49,136 bases of DNA, from the NCBI GenBank assembly GCA_905234635.1, contig CAJOJB010000013.1, forward strand, positions 1 to 49,136, read 5' to 3'. The translations under genes and the position numbers were made by a program. The DNA is from an uncultured Eggerthellaceae bacterium. GTDB lineage: Bacteria; Actinomycetota; Coriobacteriia; Coriobacteriales; Eggerthellaceae. How positions within the stretch are numbered: the first letter of the stretch is position 1; each line of letters opens with the position of its first letter. A model generated the notes under the pieces. The model saw only the letters and a program-made list of their open reading frames with translations. It made no database searches and was not told the origin of the DNA. Of the stretch, positions 48,906-49,136 are shown piece after piece.

Positions 48906-49124
48906 CTAATCCTTTTTCATCCGAAAACCTATACCGGGCGTGTAGGTCTTGGTGTAGCCAAACTTCGACTGTCCAGTGTGTTGATGGGCTTGCGCGGACG
49001 AGTAGCTGCGCCCGTGAGAGCTTGAACGTGAGGTACTGCTGCGACTATAACCATTCGAACGAGAACTGCTTGAGCGATTATATCCGCCAGATTGTGAACC
49101 GCCGCTTCTTCCATAACGTGGCAT
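48906..49124 (-). CDS. Ser/Arg/Gly-rich low-complexity small protein
   Basis: MPRYGRSGGSQSGGYNRSSSSRSNGYSRSSTSRSSSHGRSYSS.... AAGGG lies upstream. Coding status is uncertain because of low complexity. Confidence 0.35.
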   Translation of the reverse strand: MPRYGRSGGSQSGGYNRSSSSRSNGYSRSSTSRSSSHGRSYSSAQAHQHTGQSKFGYTKTYTPGIGFRMKKD

Positions 49125-49136
49125 TTTGGTACCCTT

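Overview
The window looks like a chromosomal segment of a moderately GC-rich Gram-positive bacterium. Gene content and order suggest Actinomycetota, probably class Coriobacteriia; this is inference, since no search was possible.

Most of it is housekeeping or core metabolism:
- An operon-like run of EF-G paralogue, acpS, nnrD and ligA, followed by tlyA.
- A lactate utilisation cluster, lctP-lutABC.
- rsmI, metG, tatD and rsmA.
- Two tandem HD/HD-GYP signalling genes.
- A TetR regulator, a 1606-aa BadF/BcrAD-activase-dehydratase-like fusion protein and an MBL hydrolase.
- Two paralogous secreted coiled-coil putative wall hydrolases.

No tRNA, rRNA or CRISPR array was seen.

What stands out:
1. 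A palindromic repeat family (arm consensus GGGAATTTGGGGWCGGAGGATTTT). One perfect 96-nt copy sits in-frame inside the 1606-aa gene, and three more arms lie at the metG/tatD junction.
2. Many locally disrupted genes: the second HD paralogue, an MGMT/Atl-like gene, lctP, metG, a 5'-truncated methyltransferase, and a secreted nuclease separated from its signal-peptide-bearing upstream ORF only by an in-frame TGA.
3. Several unrelated short tandem repeats: 45 bp in-frame in rsmA, 32 bp x3 over the MFS start region, and 23 bp x3 upstream of an AAA ATPase.
4. An AT-rich islet after ligA that encodes an orphan toxin-like ORF with a PD-(D/E)xK-like signature.
5. An AT-richer accessory island from about 42.1 kb to the window end. 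It carries DinJ/PIN and HicAB toxin-antitoxin modules, a DUF4143-type ATPase, a DUF3990-like plus HTH gene pair (candidate ART-fold toxin-antitoxin-like module) and an operon of small secreted or low-complexity proteins.

All functional calls rest on motifs I recognise in the translations. Start codons were refined by eye from SD/ATG context and may be off by a few codons.
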